A DNA stretch of 64,000 bases, taken from positions 96,001 to 160,000 of the forward strand of contig JAZKFH010000009.1 in the NCBI GenBank assembly GCA_040386535.1. Direction: 5' to 3'. This DNA comes from Myxococcota bacterium (GTDB taxonomy: Bacteria; Myxococcota_A; UBA796; SXON01). Under the pieces are notes generated by a model. It was not told the origin of the DNA and searched no databases. It worked only from the letters and a program-made list of their open reading frames with translations. Both the position numbers and the translations under genes were made by a program. This document shows positions 36,491 to 46,946 of this stretch, in pieces (the stretch's first letter is position 1; every line of letters begins with the position of its first letter).

Positions 36491-39001
36491 TCAGCCCGGA
36501 TCGACCTCGACCGGCGTGATGGTCTCCACCTCGATCGTGCGGGCATCGACCTCGGCGCGACGGAACGCGAACGCGTCGTACACGCCGTCGAGCCACAACG
36601 TGGCGTCGGCGTCGTTGGCGTACAAGACGTTGAACGAGGTCTCCGGGACACCGTCCTCGCCGAAGCTGGTGACGGTGCGGAAGATCGGGCCCTCGTCTCC
36701 CACGCACTCGTCGGCGGGCTCCCCGCTGTCGGTCCAGAAGCTGCACCCGGACACGTTCGGCGTGGACTCGTCGCCGTCGACCGGGAGGTACTGGAGCTCG
36801 CCCCACGTCGGGTGGACCTTGACGCGGTGCATGTCCTGCCAGGACCAGCCCGCGAGGCCCTCGGTGGCGGCGCGCTCCGCGGCCCACGTCAGGGCGTCGT
36901 CCAGGCCGGCGAGCAGGTCGAAGTCACCGCGCCCGTCGAGCACGGACTCGATGCCGTTCGCCTGGGCGAGCAGGTTGATCTTCGCGATGGTGACCGGCGA
37001 GGACGCCTCGACCGGCAGGTAGAGCAGCGAGAGGTCGCCACCGAGCGTGCGCTTGGACGCGAAGCCCTGCCACGCGCGGAACAGCGCGGCCTCCTCGGAG
37101 GCGCGCACCATGCGGCGATCCCAGGCGGCGAGGCGGCTCACGGCCGCGAGAAGATCGTCGCGACCGCGGAACGATTCGAGCGACTCGTCCGTGTCGATCC
37201 GGCTCGCGGCGACCTCGAGCAGCGGCACGAGGATGGCGGCCATGGTGCTGTAGCTGTCGAGTTGAAGCGCCATCATGTCCGCGGGCGTGGCGGGGGCGGC
37301 GCCGATGATGCGCTCGAGCTCGTTCGATATGCGGTCGGCGCGGAAGCCCGGCGAGAAGAAGCTGCCGTAGTAGAACTCGTCGTTCAACGGGTCGTTGTCG
37401 GCGGTGTGGCCCCACGGGTCGTTGTTCGCGGACACCAGGAACGGCTGGGTGCCGTCGAGGTGGGGGAGCCGGTCGGCGGAGAGGTATTCGCCGGTCCAGA
37501 GCGTGCTCGCGTCCGACGCGTCGAGCACCTGGTTCGCCGCCGGACGTGTGGCGACGGGCCCGCGGTCGGGGATGAGGCCGTGCGTGTGGTAGCGGATGCC
37601 GCCGGCGGTGGCGCCCATCCAGTTGTGCATGCCGACGCGCTGGTGATCGATGGCGGCCTCGAACTCGTCCAGCGTCGCGGCGCGGTTCAGGTCGAAGTAG
37701 ATCCGCAGCTCGTTGGTGGGGGCGAAGCCGACCCAGCTCACCATCACCTTGCCGTTGGCGAACAGGGCCTCGGGCACCGGGATGAGCTCCTCCGGGAGGA
37801 TGACGCCGTAGCCGTCGACCTCCTGGACGGTGAGCAGGCGCTCCTCGAAGGTGCCGTCCGCGAGTCTGACGCGGATGAGCTCCTCCCGCTCGCTGACCGG
37901 CACCTGGGTGCCGCCCATGTTCGCCTTCCCGTCGCTGATGGCGACATCGAACAGGTCGGTCTGATCGGGGAAGTGGGTGGTGGCCGCCCACGCGAGCGTG
38001 GCGTTGTGGCCGAGCTGCACACCCGGCACGCCGACGAACGAGAACCCCGCCACGTCGAACGCCCCGCCCGCGTCCGCGGAGTTGAGGTGCTGCATGTAGA
38101 GCGTGTTCGGATCGTGGAAGCTGGAGTGTGGGTCGTTCGCGATCAGCGGGCGCCCGTTGTCGGTGAACGCAGCGTTGACCGCCCAGTTGTTGCTGCCCTC
38201 GCCCGGGTAGGTGTAGGAGCGGAGCGCCTGGACGCCGTCGAGGAACGCGGTGGCCTCGGCCGGGGACCACGTGAGCGGCGCCTTGGCCTCGGGCGCGGGG
38301 CGGGCGGCGCCGGTGGGGGCGACCTCGGCGGCGATGAAGCGGTCGATCGCGGGGTCGAACACCGGCATGTCGGCGTAGCTCGAGTTGAGCCGCGTCATCA
38401 GCGAGTAGAGGATGTCGTACTCGATCGTGCTCGAGTACCCGAGGTTGATGCGCTGGCCGATGCGGACCACGTCCGCGACCTGCATCGGCTCGGGCAGGTA
38501 GTCGAGCTCGGCGGGGCCGAAGCCCCAGGGGAGGGGAACGGCGCCGGCGTGCACCTCCGCGATGCGCGCGTTCACGCCGCTGACGTAGGCGACCAGGAGC
38601 GCGTAGTCGTCGGGGGTCTCCTCCGCGAGCCACGCGAGGCTGTCGCACGCGTAGCGCCCGAAGTCGAACGTGCGCGCGGTCACGTCGTCCGCCCACGACT
38701 CTTCGCCCCGCACCTCGGAGAGGGTGCCCTTGGCGGCGCGCACGAAGGTGTCGAGCTCGAACAGGCGGTCGGTCGCGGCCTGGTAGCCGGCCCCGTAGAA
38801 CAGGTCGGCGTCGCTCTGGGCGTACAGGTGGGGGATGTTCCGATCGTCGCGACGCACGTCGATCGGGGCCTGGAGCGTGTACGCGGCCGGGTAGTCGGCG
38901 AGCTCACATTCGGGCTGGACGACCGGCGCCCCAGGCGGCTTGTCGTCCACACAAGCAACGAGCATCAGCGGGAGGACGAGCAACGAACGCATGGGGGCCA
39001 T
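36491..39001 (-). CDS. Penicillin/AHL acylase family Ntn-hydrolase, lipoprotein
   Basis: RRDDRNIPHLYA, GY..A.DRLF, GSNNWAV (N-terminal Ser nucleophile), ANDPH, SANN; lipobox LVAC. Confidence 0.92.
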   Translation of the reverse strand: MAPMRSLLVLPLMLVACVDDKPPGAPVVQPECELADYPAAYTLQAPIDVRRDDRNIPHLYAQSDADLFYGAGYQAATDRLFELDTFVRAAKGTLSEVRGEESWADDVTARTFDFGRYACDSLAWLAEETPDDYALLVAYVSGVNARIAEVHAGAVPLPWGFGPAELDYLPEPMQVADVVRIGQRINLGYSSTIEYDILYSLMTRLNSSYADMPVFDPAIDRFIAAEVAPTGAARPAPEAKAPLTWSPAEATAFLDGVQALRSYTYPGEGSNNWAVNAAFTDNGRPLIANDPHSSFHDPNTLYMQHLNSADAGGAFDVAGFSFVGVPGVQLGHNATLAWAATTHFPDQTDLFDVAISDGKANMGGTQVPVSEREELIRVRLADGTFEERLLTVQEVDGYGVILPEELIPVPEALFANGKVMVSWVGFAPTNELRIYFDLNRAATLDEFEAAIDHQRVGMHNWMGATAGGIRYHTHGLIPDRGPVATRPAANQVLDASDASTLWTGEYLSADRLPHLDGTQPFLVSANNDPWGHTADNDPLNDEFYYGSFFSPGFRADRISNELERIIGAAPATPADMMALQLDSYSTMAAILVPLLEVAASRIDTDESLESFRGRDDLLAAVSRLAAWDRRMVRASEEAALFRAWQGFASKRTLGGDLSLLYLPVEASSPVTIAKINLLAQANGIESVLDGRGDFDLLAGLDDALTWAAERAATEGLAGWSWQDMHRVKVHPTWGELQYLPVDGDESTPNVSGCSFWTDSGEPADECVGDEGPIFRTVTSFGEDGVPETSFNVLYANDADATLWLDGVYDAFAFRRAEVDARTIEVETITPVEVDPG

Positions 39002-39069
39002 CTCGGCGGTGGTCGGGGAGGGGCGCCCTATCTAATCACTGGCTGCGCGGCCGGGATTCGGAACAAAGT

Positions 39070-42000
39070 TCAGCTTCGCGGCACCCTCGCGGCACCCTCG
39101 GGGGCCCGGGTCCGACGGCGTGACAAGGCCACGATGCCGAGCAGGACCGCGATCCCCGTGCCCGCCCCCGGTGCGCCGGAACAACCCGGGCAGCCCGCCG
39201 CGGGAGGGTCGATTGGGGGCTCGTCGGCGGTGTCGCCCGGCGCGGGGAGGTCGGCGCCGTCGCAATCCTGGTCGATCCCGTCGCCGGCGATCTCGACGGC
39301 CTCGGGGTGCGCCGCGGCGTCGGCGTCGTCGCACTCCACACACGCTGCGAAGCCGTCCGCGTCGGCGTCGGCGTACCCCACCGAGCCGTCGCAGTTGTAG
39401 TCGGCCGAGTCCGCGCAGTCGGACTCCTCGGCCGCGGGGTGGAACCTCGGGTCGGCGTCGTCGCAGTCGCCGGCGGGTTCGGTGGCGAGCGCCTCACCGA
39501 GGCCGGAGCAGGACGGGTCGTCGGACGGGATCGTGGCGCCGTCTTCGTCGTGGTAGCCGTCCTCGTCGGCGTCGACATAGCAGAGCTCCACGGCGTCACA
39601 ATCGCTGTCCATTCCGTCGCCCGCCGCGTCGGGGGCCTCCGGATGAACGTCTGGGTCGGTGTCGTCGCAGTCCACACAGGCCGCCCACCCGTCGGCGTCC
39701 GCGTCGGTCCGCGGCGAGACCCCGTCGCAGTCGTAGTCGTTCGCGTCGGTGCAGTCGGGCTCGGCCGCGCCGGGGTGGAAGGCGGCGTCGGCGTCGTCAC
39801 AGTCCGCGCCTACGGCGGCGTAGCCGCTCGCGAGGTCACAAGCGCTGGCGGTCACGCCGCCGAAGCCGTCCCCGTCCACATCGCGGTACACCGTCGTCTG
39901 CCCTGTGGCGCTCGGGTCGGCGTCCTCTACGAGCCCGTCGCAGTCCTCGTCGGCGTCCGCCACGTCGCACACCTCGCTGCCGGCGGGCGAGATCGCGGCG
40001 GAAGTGTCGTCGCAATCGAGGGAGGTGGCCGTGTAGCCGGCCGCGAGGTCGCACATCCAGGCGGTCCGCCAGCCACCGAACCCGTCACCGTCGGCGTCGG
40101 CGTAGGCGCGCGAGGCGCCGGTGGCGCTCGGGTCGGCGTCGTCGGCGAGGCCGTCACAATTCTCGTCGCGGTCGGCGGGATCGCAGACCTCCCTCCCGGC
40201 GGGGCTCACGCCGGCATCGGCGTCGTCGCAATCGGTAGAGTCGGTCATCATGCCCGGGGAGAGGTCACACGCGTAGACGGGGGTGGTGCCGCCGTAGCCG
40301 TCCCCGTCGGCATCGAGGACGTACGCGGTCTGCCCGGTGGCGCTCGTGTCGGCGTCCTCCGCCACGCCGTCGCAGTCCTCGTCGACATCGGCCGGGTCGC
40401 AGCGCTCAGGGGCGCCGGGGGAGATCACGGCAGCGCCGTCGTCACAGTCGCCGCCGACCCCCACGTAGCCGGCCGGGACGTCGCACCAAGTCGCGGCGCT
40501 GCTCCCGTACCCGTCGCCGTCGCCATCCAGGTACGCCGTGGTGGGCCCCGCCGGGGCGTCGTCCGCGTCGTCGGCGCGCCCGTCGCAGTCCTCGTCGAAG
40601 TCGGCGGCGTCGCACCGCTCCGTCGCGCCGGGGTGCACGGTGGCGTCGTCGTCGTCGCAATCGCCACGGGTGGTGGTGTAGCCCGGCGTCAGCGCACAGA
40701 CGGTGACCTCCGCCGCGCCGTACCCGTCGCCGTCCCCGTCGCGATAGGCCGTAAACACGCCCGCCGTGGTGGCGTCCGCGTCGTCGCAGTCCACGGGGGC
40801 GCACGCCCCGTCGCGATCCGCGTCCGCACACCCGAGGTGGAGGTCCACCCGGCCTGCATTGCGGTCGTCCCCCGCGGCGCCGATCAGCAGATCGTCGAAC
40901 CCGTCGCCGTCCACGTCGCCCGCTCGGCCGAGCGTGAAGCCGTAGCCGTCGATCTGGGTGGGATCACGCGAGGAGAGGGTCCGCCGCGCCGTGGTGTCCA
41001 GGCCGCTCGCCGACCCGCCGTAGATGCCGACGATGCCGCTCGACCCGGTGCCGGTGTCCAGCACGACCACGTCGTCGTAGCCGTCCCCGTCGAGGTCGCC
41101 GGCGCCGGCCAGCACGTAGGCGAAGGTGTCGTTGGTGGTGGTGCCGGTGATCGTTGCGGCGGGGGTGGCCGACAACCCGGACGCCGACCCGTGGAACACG
41201 AGCGCCCGCCCGAGACCGGAGCGCGGCTCGCCCACGATCACGTCGTCGAAACCGTCGCCGTCGAGATCGCCCGCCGCGTCGAAGGAGATCCCGAACCAGT
41301 TGCCGGTCGCCTCGCCCAAGAGGATGGTGTCAGCCGTCTCGTCGACGCCGGTGCTCGAGCCCAGGTACACGACCACGCGGCCCGTAGAACTTTCGTGGCT
41401 CGGCTGGCCGACGAGCACGTCGGCGTAGCCGTCCCCGTTCACGTCGCCCGCGCGGCCCACGTAGTCGCCGAGCCCGCGGGTCGTCAGGCCTCGCGCGAGG
41501 ACCGTGTACGACGACGTGCGGATCCCGCTCGCCGAGCCCAGGAACACGTAGCCCGCCCCCACCCGGGCCGAGGAGCTCACGTCGCCGACGACGAGGTCAT
41601 CGTACCCGTCGCCGTTCACGTCTCCCGGGCCGGCGAGCGCGTTGCCGAACGTGGAGGTGGCGTCGGTCGCGAGCGTCACGGATACGCGGGGGGCGGGCTC
41701 GAGGCCGCTGGCGGAGCCGTGGTAGACGCGCACGACGGAGGGGGTTTCGAACTGCCCGTAGTGACCGATGGCCACGTCATCGTAGCCGTCGGCGTCGGAG
41801 TCCCCCAGGGCGGCCGCCGCGTAGCCGAATTGGGAAGCTCCCGCGGCGACGAGCGTGGTCGTCGGCTCGTCCAGCAGCCCTGTGGCGGAGCCGTGGAACA
41901 GGAATGCGGCGCCGGTCGAGCTCTCGTAGCCGGGCGCGGTCACGAGCACGTCGGCATAGCCGTCCGCGTCGACGTCGCCGGCCGGGCCGATGACATAGCC

Positions 42001-43956
42001 GAGCTTGTTCCCATCGGGCTCGCCCGTGACCGTGGCCGCCGCCGCGGTGGAGAGGCCGCTCCCGGTCCCACGGAAGTGGTACATGCGGCCGGCCTCGATG
42101 TCGTAGGCGGGCGCGCCCACGACCGCGTCCAGAAGGCCGTCTCCGTCAGCGTCCGCGAGGGCGACGGCGGCGCCGAACTCGTCGCCGGTGGTCTCGCCGA
42201 CGAGGCTCGCGTCGACCGTGGCGTCGAGCCCAGACGGGCCGCCGAGGAACAACAGCGCCGCGCCGGCCGTCCGCCCCGACACGCCGACCAGCACGTCGTC
42301 GGCGCCGTCGCCATCGACATCGCCGGCCGCGAGCGCGTCTCCGAAAGTGGTCTCGTCGATGCCGCCGGCGATCCGGGTGGACACCGCGGCCATCGGCCCG
42401 GTGATCGCACCGTGGTAGACGTTCAGCCAGCCGTTGGCGCCCACGAGCACGTCGCTGAAGCCGTCCGCGTTCACGTCGCCGCCGATCACCGGGTAGCCGG
42501 CGAGGGACTCGCGTGAGCCCGGGAAGAAGCTCACGAGGGAGGTGGTGGAGAGCCCGCTGGCGCCGCCCCGAAACACCCGGACGTTTCCGAGATCGTCGCT
42601 GACCGCCACGTCGTCGTGCCCGTCCCCGTCCACGTCCCCCACGCCACAGGCCGTGAGGCCGAACTGTGTGGCGGCGCTGGCGGAGAGGCTGGTCGTGGCC
42701 GTCGTCTCCGTTCCCGCGGGGCCACCGCGGAACAGGTCCACGCGCCCGACCCGGGGTGCGCCGACGACCACGTCGGCGTAGCCGTCCCCATCGACGTCGC
42801 CCGCGGAACAGACGGCGCTACCGAAGAACTCCAGGGAGGTCGCCGTGCCGAGGGTCGTGCCGGCGTCGCTGGAGATGCCGCTCGCCGATCCGTAGAACAC
42901 GTGGGCGCGGCCGCCGGTGCCGTCGCGCCGCGCCCCGACGATCACGTCGTCGTAGCCGTCCCCGTCGACATCCCCCGCGCCCGCCGCGTCGCGGCCGAAC
43001 TCGAACATGTAGTCCCCGTCGAGGCGCGTGACGGCGTCGTAGGAGGGCCCCCCGGCCCGGCCGTAGAACACGAAGGCCGCTCCGAAACCCGACCAATAGT
43101 CGTAGCTGCTGACGACGAGATCCTCGACGCCGTCTCTGTTCACATCACCGGCCGACGCGACCCGGTAGGTGAAACTGGGGGAGGTGCTCGGCCGGCCGGA
43201 AGCGCTCCACGCCGCCGTCTCGTAGACCGGGTCGATCTCGACGGGGTACGCCGCGCCCGCGTCGTCCACGTGTACGGCCAGCCCCTGGTCCGTGGGCTCG
43301 AGCCAGACGGGAAGCGCCGCGCCCGTCGCATCCCACGCCGCGAGGCCGCCCATGCGCCAGGCGCGCCCCGCCCCGTCGGTGATCTCGGCGTGATCGGCGC
43401 GCACCTCCGTCGCGAGCGACCCCTCGATCGCGAGGTCGATGTGGAGGGGGCCGGTGCCCGCCGGGGGCGTGGGGACCCGCCAGCCCTGCTGGAGCCCGCG
43501 GTCGCGCGCGGTCCACCACTCCGTGATGCCGGGGGCGTCGTATTCGAGCCGCTGGATGCAGCGCCCGTCGACCGCTTGGGCGTTCGTGCAGGCGCCGAGG
43601 GTCGGCGCGCGCGGGGCGATCGGATCGTGGGCGTCGTCGCGCCCCCACGCCACGGTGCGCAGCGACCAGGCCTCCGTGCCGGCCCGGCCCGTGAACTGGA
43701 CCCCCGCGGCATCGAAGCGGGCGCCGGCGTCGGCCCCCGGCACCGACGCGCGAAAGGCCCCCTCGTTCGGGCGGATGGCGCGTGCCTCCGCGGCGAAGCG
43801 CTCGTCGAGCGCACGCTGCCAGTCATCCGCCGAGGCGCGGGGCGCGAGCACGTCCGGCGTGACCACCGGCTCCGGTGCTTGGCAGCCCCAGGCAGCCAGA
43901 CCGACGAGCACGAGGAGACAGGGGGAACGCGGGGATCGAGCGGGCAGGATTGGCAC
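39070..43956 (-). CDS. Large surface protein: N-terminal domain, 14 FG-GAP repeats, ~9 DCDD repeats, MYXO-CTERM-like tail
   Basis: 14 counted GD[VL][DN]xDG-type repeats; D-x-D-G-D-G...DCDD repeats; C-terminal GCPGCSGAPGAGTGIAVLLGIVALSRRR. The start is placed at GTG 43956, 5 nt after a TACAGT box. Confidence 0.85.
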   Translation of the reverse strand: MPILPARSPRSPCLLVLVGLAAWGCQAPEPVVTPDVLAPRASADDWQRALDERFAAEARAIRPNEGAFRASVPGADAGARFDAAGVQFTGRAGTEAWSLRTVAWGRDDAHDPIAPRAPTLGACTNAQAVDGRCIQRLEYDAPGITEWWTARDRGLQQGWRVPTPPAGTGPLHIDLAIEGSLATEVRADHAEITDGAGRAWRMGGLAAWDATGAALPVWLEPTDQGLAVHVDDAGAAYPVEIDPVYETAAWSASGRPSTSPSFTYRVASAGDVNRDGVEDLVVSSYDYWSGFGAAFVFYGRAGGPSYDAVTRLDGDYMFEFGRDAAGAGDVDGDGYDDVIVGARRDGTGGRAHVFYGSASGISSDAGTTLGTATSLEFFGSAVCSAGDVDGDGYADVVVGAPRVGRVDLFRGGPAGTETTATTSLSASAATQFGLTACGVGDVDGDGHDDVAVSDDLGNVRVFRGGASGLSTTSLVSFFPGSRESLAGYPVIGGDVNADGFSDVLVGANGWLNVYHGAITGPMAAVSTRIAGGIDETTFGDALAAGDVDGDGADDVLVGVSGRTAGAALLFLGGPSGLDATVDASLVGETTGDEFGAAVALADADGDGLLDAVVGAPAYDIEAGRMYHFRGTGSGLSTAAAATVTGEPDGNKLGYVIGPAGDVDADGYADVLVTAPGYESSTGAAFLFHGSATGLLDEPTTTLVAAGASQFGYAAAALGDSDADGYDDVAIGHYGQFETPSVVRVYHGSASGLEPAPRVSVTLATDATSTFGNALAGPGDVNGDGYDDLVVGDVSSSARVGAGYVFLGSASGIRTSSYTVLARGLTTRGLGDYVGRAGDVNGDGYADVLVGQPSHESSTGRVVVYLGSSTGVDETADTILLGEATGNWFGISFDAAGDLDGDGFDDVIVGEPRSGLGRALVFHGSASGLSATPAATITGTTTNDTFAYVLAGAGDLDGDGYDDVVVLDTGTGSSGIVGIYGGSASGLDTTARRTLSSRDPTQIDGYGFTLGRAGDVDGDGFDDLLIGAAGDDRNAGRVDLHLGCADADRDGACAPVDCDDADATTAGVFTAYRDGDGDGYGAAEVTVCALTPGYTTTRGDCDDDDATVHPGATERCDAADFDEDCDGRADDADDAPAGPTTAYLDGDGDGYGSSAATWCDVPAGYVGVGGDCDDGAAVISPGAPERCDPADVDEDCDGVAEDADTSATGQTAYVLDADGDGYGGTTPVYACDLSPGMMTDSTDCDDADAGVSPAGREVCDPADRDENCDGLADDADPSATGASRAYADADGDGFGGWRTAWMCDLAAGYTATSLDCDDTSAAISPAGSEVCDVADADEDCDGLVEDADPSATGQTTVYRDVDGDGFGGVTASACDLASGYAAVGADCDDADAAFHPGAAEPDCTDANDYDCDGVSPRTDADADGWAACVDCDDTDPDVHPEAPDAAGDGMDSDCDAVELCYVDADEDGYHDEDGATIPSDDPSCSGLGEALATEPAGDCDDADPRFHPAAEESDCADSADYNCDGSVGYADADADGFAACVECDDADAAAHPEAVEIAGDGIDQDCDGADLPAPGDTADEPPIDPPAAGCPGCSGAPGAGTGIAVLLGIVALSRRRTRAPEGAARVPRS

Positions 43957-44016
43957 GTCGGACTGTACGGCGCGCGCGGCGGCGTCGCAATCGTAGGTTT
44001 CAAGCAACTACGGTGA

Positions 44017-44715
44017 TCAGCCCGCGGCGGTCTCCGCGATCCGCTGGAGGAACATGCGCTCGAGCCCCTCGGGACCGAGCGTCGCGATCTGCTCGTCCGC
44101 CACCACGCGCCCGTGCGCGAGCATCACCACCCGGCCCGCGACGCGCTCGACCGTCTCCAGGATGTGGGTGGAGAGGAGCACGGTGGTGCCTTGGTCGCAG
44201 AGGGTGCGGAGCGCGTTCTTCATGCGCGCGGCGCTGGGGGGATCGAGGCCGTTCAGCGCTTCGTCCAGCACGAGCACCGGGGGGCGGGAGACCACCGCCG
44301 CGGCCAGCGCGGTCTTGCGGCGCATGCCTTGCGAGTACTCGCGGATGAGCCGGTTCGCGTCCTCGCCGAGGCCGGTCATCTCGAGCGCGGCCTCGATGTC
44401 GCCGCCGCCGCGCACGGCCACGACGAGCTCGAGGAACTCGCGGGCGGTGAGGTAGTCGTACAGCGCGGGCTCCTCGGGGACGTAGCCGAGCTTCGTCCGC
44501 GCGCCGGCCGGATCCTGGCGCACGTCGATCCCGCCGACGGACACGGTGCCCTCGGTGGGGAGGAGCTGGCCCGCCAGCATCTTGAGCACCGTGGACTTGC
44601 CCGCGCCGTTGTGTCCGATGAGGCCGACCAGCTCGCCGGCGCCCACGGTCAGATCGATGCGGTCGACCGCCACCTTGCGCCCGTACACCTTGCGTACGCC
44701 CCGAAGCTCGATCAC
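44017..44715 (-). CDS. ABC transporter ATP-binding protein (CcmA/NatA-like)
   Basis: GHNGAGKST, YSQGM, LVLDEALNGLDP, LSTH; GTGA overlap with the upstream gene. Confidence 0.92.
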   Translation of the reverse strand: MIELRGVRKVYGRKVAVDRIDLTVGAGELVGLIGHNGAGKSTVLKMLAGQLLPTEGTVSVGGIDVRQDPAGARTKLGYVPEEPALYDYLTAREFLELVVAVRGGGDIEAALEMTGLGEDANRLIREYSQGMRRKTALAAAVVSRPPVLVLDEALNGLDPPSAARMKNALRTLCDQGTTVLLSTHILETVERVAGRVVMLAHGRVVADEQIATLGPEGLERMFLQRIAETAAG

Positions 44716-46040
44716 GCGATGCCTCCCACCGCCCACAGGAGCAGCGCCGCCGGAAGATAGACCAGGCCGCCCTTTGCCCGTAGCGTGTCACCCGACCACG
44801 CGGCCACCCCCGCCAGCGCGAGCGCCACGAGCTCGAGGCGCAGGAGCGCGCCGAACGCCGGCAGGCCCTGCCGAACGAGCAGGGTTGCGGTGCCGACGGC
44901 CACGACGACCTGCATGGCGGCGAACACCGCGGTGGCGCGCGCCAGGACGCGCCCGCGCAGGGGCAGGAAGGTGTCGAGCCACGGCGGATCCGTGGCGCCG
45001 AGCCGGACGCCCACGTACCCGAGGGCCGCGAGCGCGGCGGCGCCGACCTGGGCGAGCCGGGCCGGGCCGTCGGCGGACGCGGTCCAGCCGGCGATCCCCG
45101 CGAGCAACGCGAGGCCCCAGGAGCCGGTGACCCAGGTGCGATGGGCGCGCCAGAGGTGGCGCAGCTCCTTGCGCAGCGCGAGCCGGAGCGGGGCGGGGGC
45201 GAGGCGGACGGTCCACTCGAGGTAGACGGCGCGGGCGTCCTCCGGGTCCTCGCTCTGGGCCCACGCGGCCTCGATCTCGCCGAGGACCGCGCCGATCCCG
45301 GCCATCGCGGGCGCCGAGCGCACGGCGAGCACCAGCCCCGCCACGGCGAGGACGAACGGGGCGGCGATGCCGACGAACCCGGAGGGATCGCCGAGGAGCA
45401 CCCGACCGGCGCCCCAGGCCGCCGCGACGGTCGCGGTGCCGGAGAGCGCGAGGGCGACGCCGGGCGCGTAGAGCAGGGCGGCCTGCAGCCGCGGGTTGGG
45501 CCCCCGGATTGCGTCGAACAGGCCCGCGAGGCCTGGGCGGGTGGCGAGGCCGGGCGCCGCGAGGTTGACCCCTAGGCCGACCGCGAGCCCCGCCGACCAC
45601 GCGCCCAGGAGCACGGTGGCGCCGAGCGCGAAGGCGTCCGTACGGGGGAGCATCGGCAGGAGGAAGACGATGGCGACGAAGAGCCAGGGGAGCCGATCGC
45701 GGACGAGGCCCTCCGTGCGCGCCAGCAGCCACGGCCGCGGGAGGAGGGGATGGATGTCGATGACCCCGCGGTCCGGCCCGCGCACGAGCGCGTCGTACGT
45801 CGTGAGCGAGAGGAGCGCGGCCACCACGAGCCCCACCCGGGCGGTCACCCCCGTGAAGCCCGCCGCCCACGCGTTCTCCCCGCCGGCCAGGAGCGTGCCG
45901 TACAGGTCGCGCGCGAGCCACACCGCCGCGATCGCCCCCACGAGCGGCGCGAGCCCGGCGAGCCGCGCGAGCGGGCCCTCGACGCGGTGCCGCGCCCGCC
46001 GCTGCCGGCGATCCGAGAGGCGGTACGGGTTCTTTTCCAT
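44712..46040 (-). CDS. Polytopic membrane protein, probable ABC permease partner
   Basis: ~10 hydrophobic segments, RKELRHLWR motif, coupled to the ABC ATPase; start ATG 46040. Confidence 0.75.
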   Translation of the reverse strand: MEKNPYRLSDRRQRRARHRVEGPLARLAGLAPLVGAIAAVWLARDLYGTLLAGGENAWAAGFTGVTARVGLVVAALLSLTTYDALVRGPDRGVIDIHPLLPRPWLLARTEGLVRDRLPWLFVAIVFLLPMLPRTDAFALGATVLLGAWSAGLAVGLGVNLAAPGLATRPGLAGLFDAIRGPNPRLQAALLYAPGVALALSGTATVAAAWGAGRVLLGDPSGFVGIAAPFVLAVAGLVLAVRSAPAMAGIGAVLGEIEAAWAQSEDPEDARAVYLEWTVRLAPAPLRLALRKELRHLWRAHRTWVTGSWGLALLAGIAGWTASADGPARLAQVGAAALAALGYVGVRLGATDPPWLDTFLPLRGRVLARATAVFAAMQVVVAVGTATLLVRQGLPAFGALLRLELVALALAGVAAWSGDTLRAKGGLVYLPAALLLWAVGGIA

Positions 46041-46155
46041 GGGCCGCCCACCTATCGCGGCCGACGTTCGGGCCCCACCCCTGGAGAGGTCGCAGAGGGT
46101 GTAAGGGCGGTGACAGAGACACACCAGCAAGGGAAGGCGCCAACCCTGGTCCGGT

Positions 46156-46183
46156 TTGACATTCTGTTCACCTCGTCTACAGT
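46156..46183 (+). promoter_or_regulatory. Sigma70-like promoter
   Basis: TTGACA-N16-TACAGT in a divergent intergenic region. Confidence 0.65.
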
Positions 46184-46251
46184 AGTTGCCGCTCACCCGC
46201 ACCGGCGGCTCGCTTCGGCGCCCACGTGCAACCCTCGTCTCGGAGTCTCCC

Positions 46252-46899
46252 TTGCGCAACGCCCTCCTGATGATCCTGGCGCTCGGTGCACTTCCCGCCT
46301 TCGCCGAGGATTCCGCCGAGCCGGTCCTCGCGGCGGAGGAAGAGGACGACGACCTGTTCAAGGACGACGGCGAGTCCAAGGGAAACAACGCCGACATCCC
46401 CAACGCGACGTCGTTCAAGGACGAGGACGATCTGGACATCCCCACGTTCAGCGCCCAGACCAAGGCTGTCGACAAGGAGAAGGACCTCTCCGCCTACGTC
46501 GACCCCCGCGCCACCGTCGGCTCGAACACCACCATGCCGCTCGACGTCGTGGGCAAGGATCTCCTCGGCGACAACTGGGGCCCCCAGGTGGTCGTGGCCG
46601 ACAAGGACGCGGTCGTGGTCGAGCTGCCCGTGCTCTACGCGCGCAACCGCGGCGAGTTCGACGGCGTGGCCTACTGGCTCGTGGCCGAGGCCTACGCCGA
46701 CGGCAAGAAGGTGGCCCAGTCCCGCATCGAGATCACGCGGGACGCGATCGCGGACAAGGGCCCGTCCGTCCAGTTCTTCCGCCTGTTCACGCCCGTGCCC
46801 GCCACCGCCGGCGTGATCGTGGTCAACGTGAGCAAGGCCACGTCCGCCTCCGCCAAGCCCACGCTGCTGTTCACGCGCTCGGTCAACTACAAGCTTTAG
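46252..46899 (+). CDS. Secreted hypothetical protein with acidic N-terminus and beta-rich C-terminal domain
   Basis: GGAG RBS, then TTG 46252 giving MRNALLMILALGALPAFA (signal peptide). Confidence 0.7.
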   Translation: MRNALLMILALGALPAFAEDSAEPVLAAEEEDDDLFKDDGESKGNNADIPNATSFKDEDDLDIPTFSAQTKAVDKEKDLSAYVDPRATVGSNTTMPLDVVGKDLLGDNWGPQVVVADKDAVVVELPVLYARNRGEFDGVAYWLVAEAYADGKKVAQSRIEITRDAIADKGPSVQFFRLFTPVPATAGVIVVNVSKATSASAKPTLLFTRSVNYKL

Positions 46900-46946
46900 G
46901 GGCGCTCCCAGCGGACGCGGCCGCCCGTTCCGCGGTAGGCTCGCGC

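Noticed and set aside
7394..42516. Very long antisense or alternative-frame ORFs (e.g. 7394-10213, 24728-28957, 36245-39400, 39307-42516)
   Set aside because: These are high-GC shadow ORFs lying opposite motif-bearing genes, with no recognisable domains.
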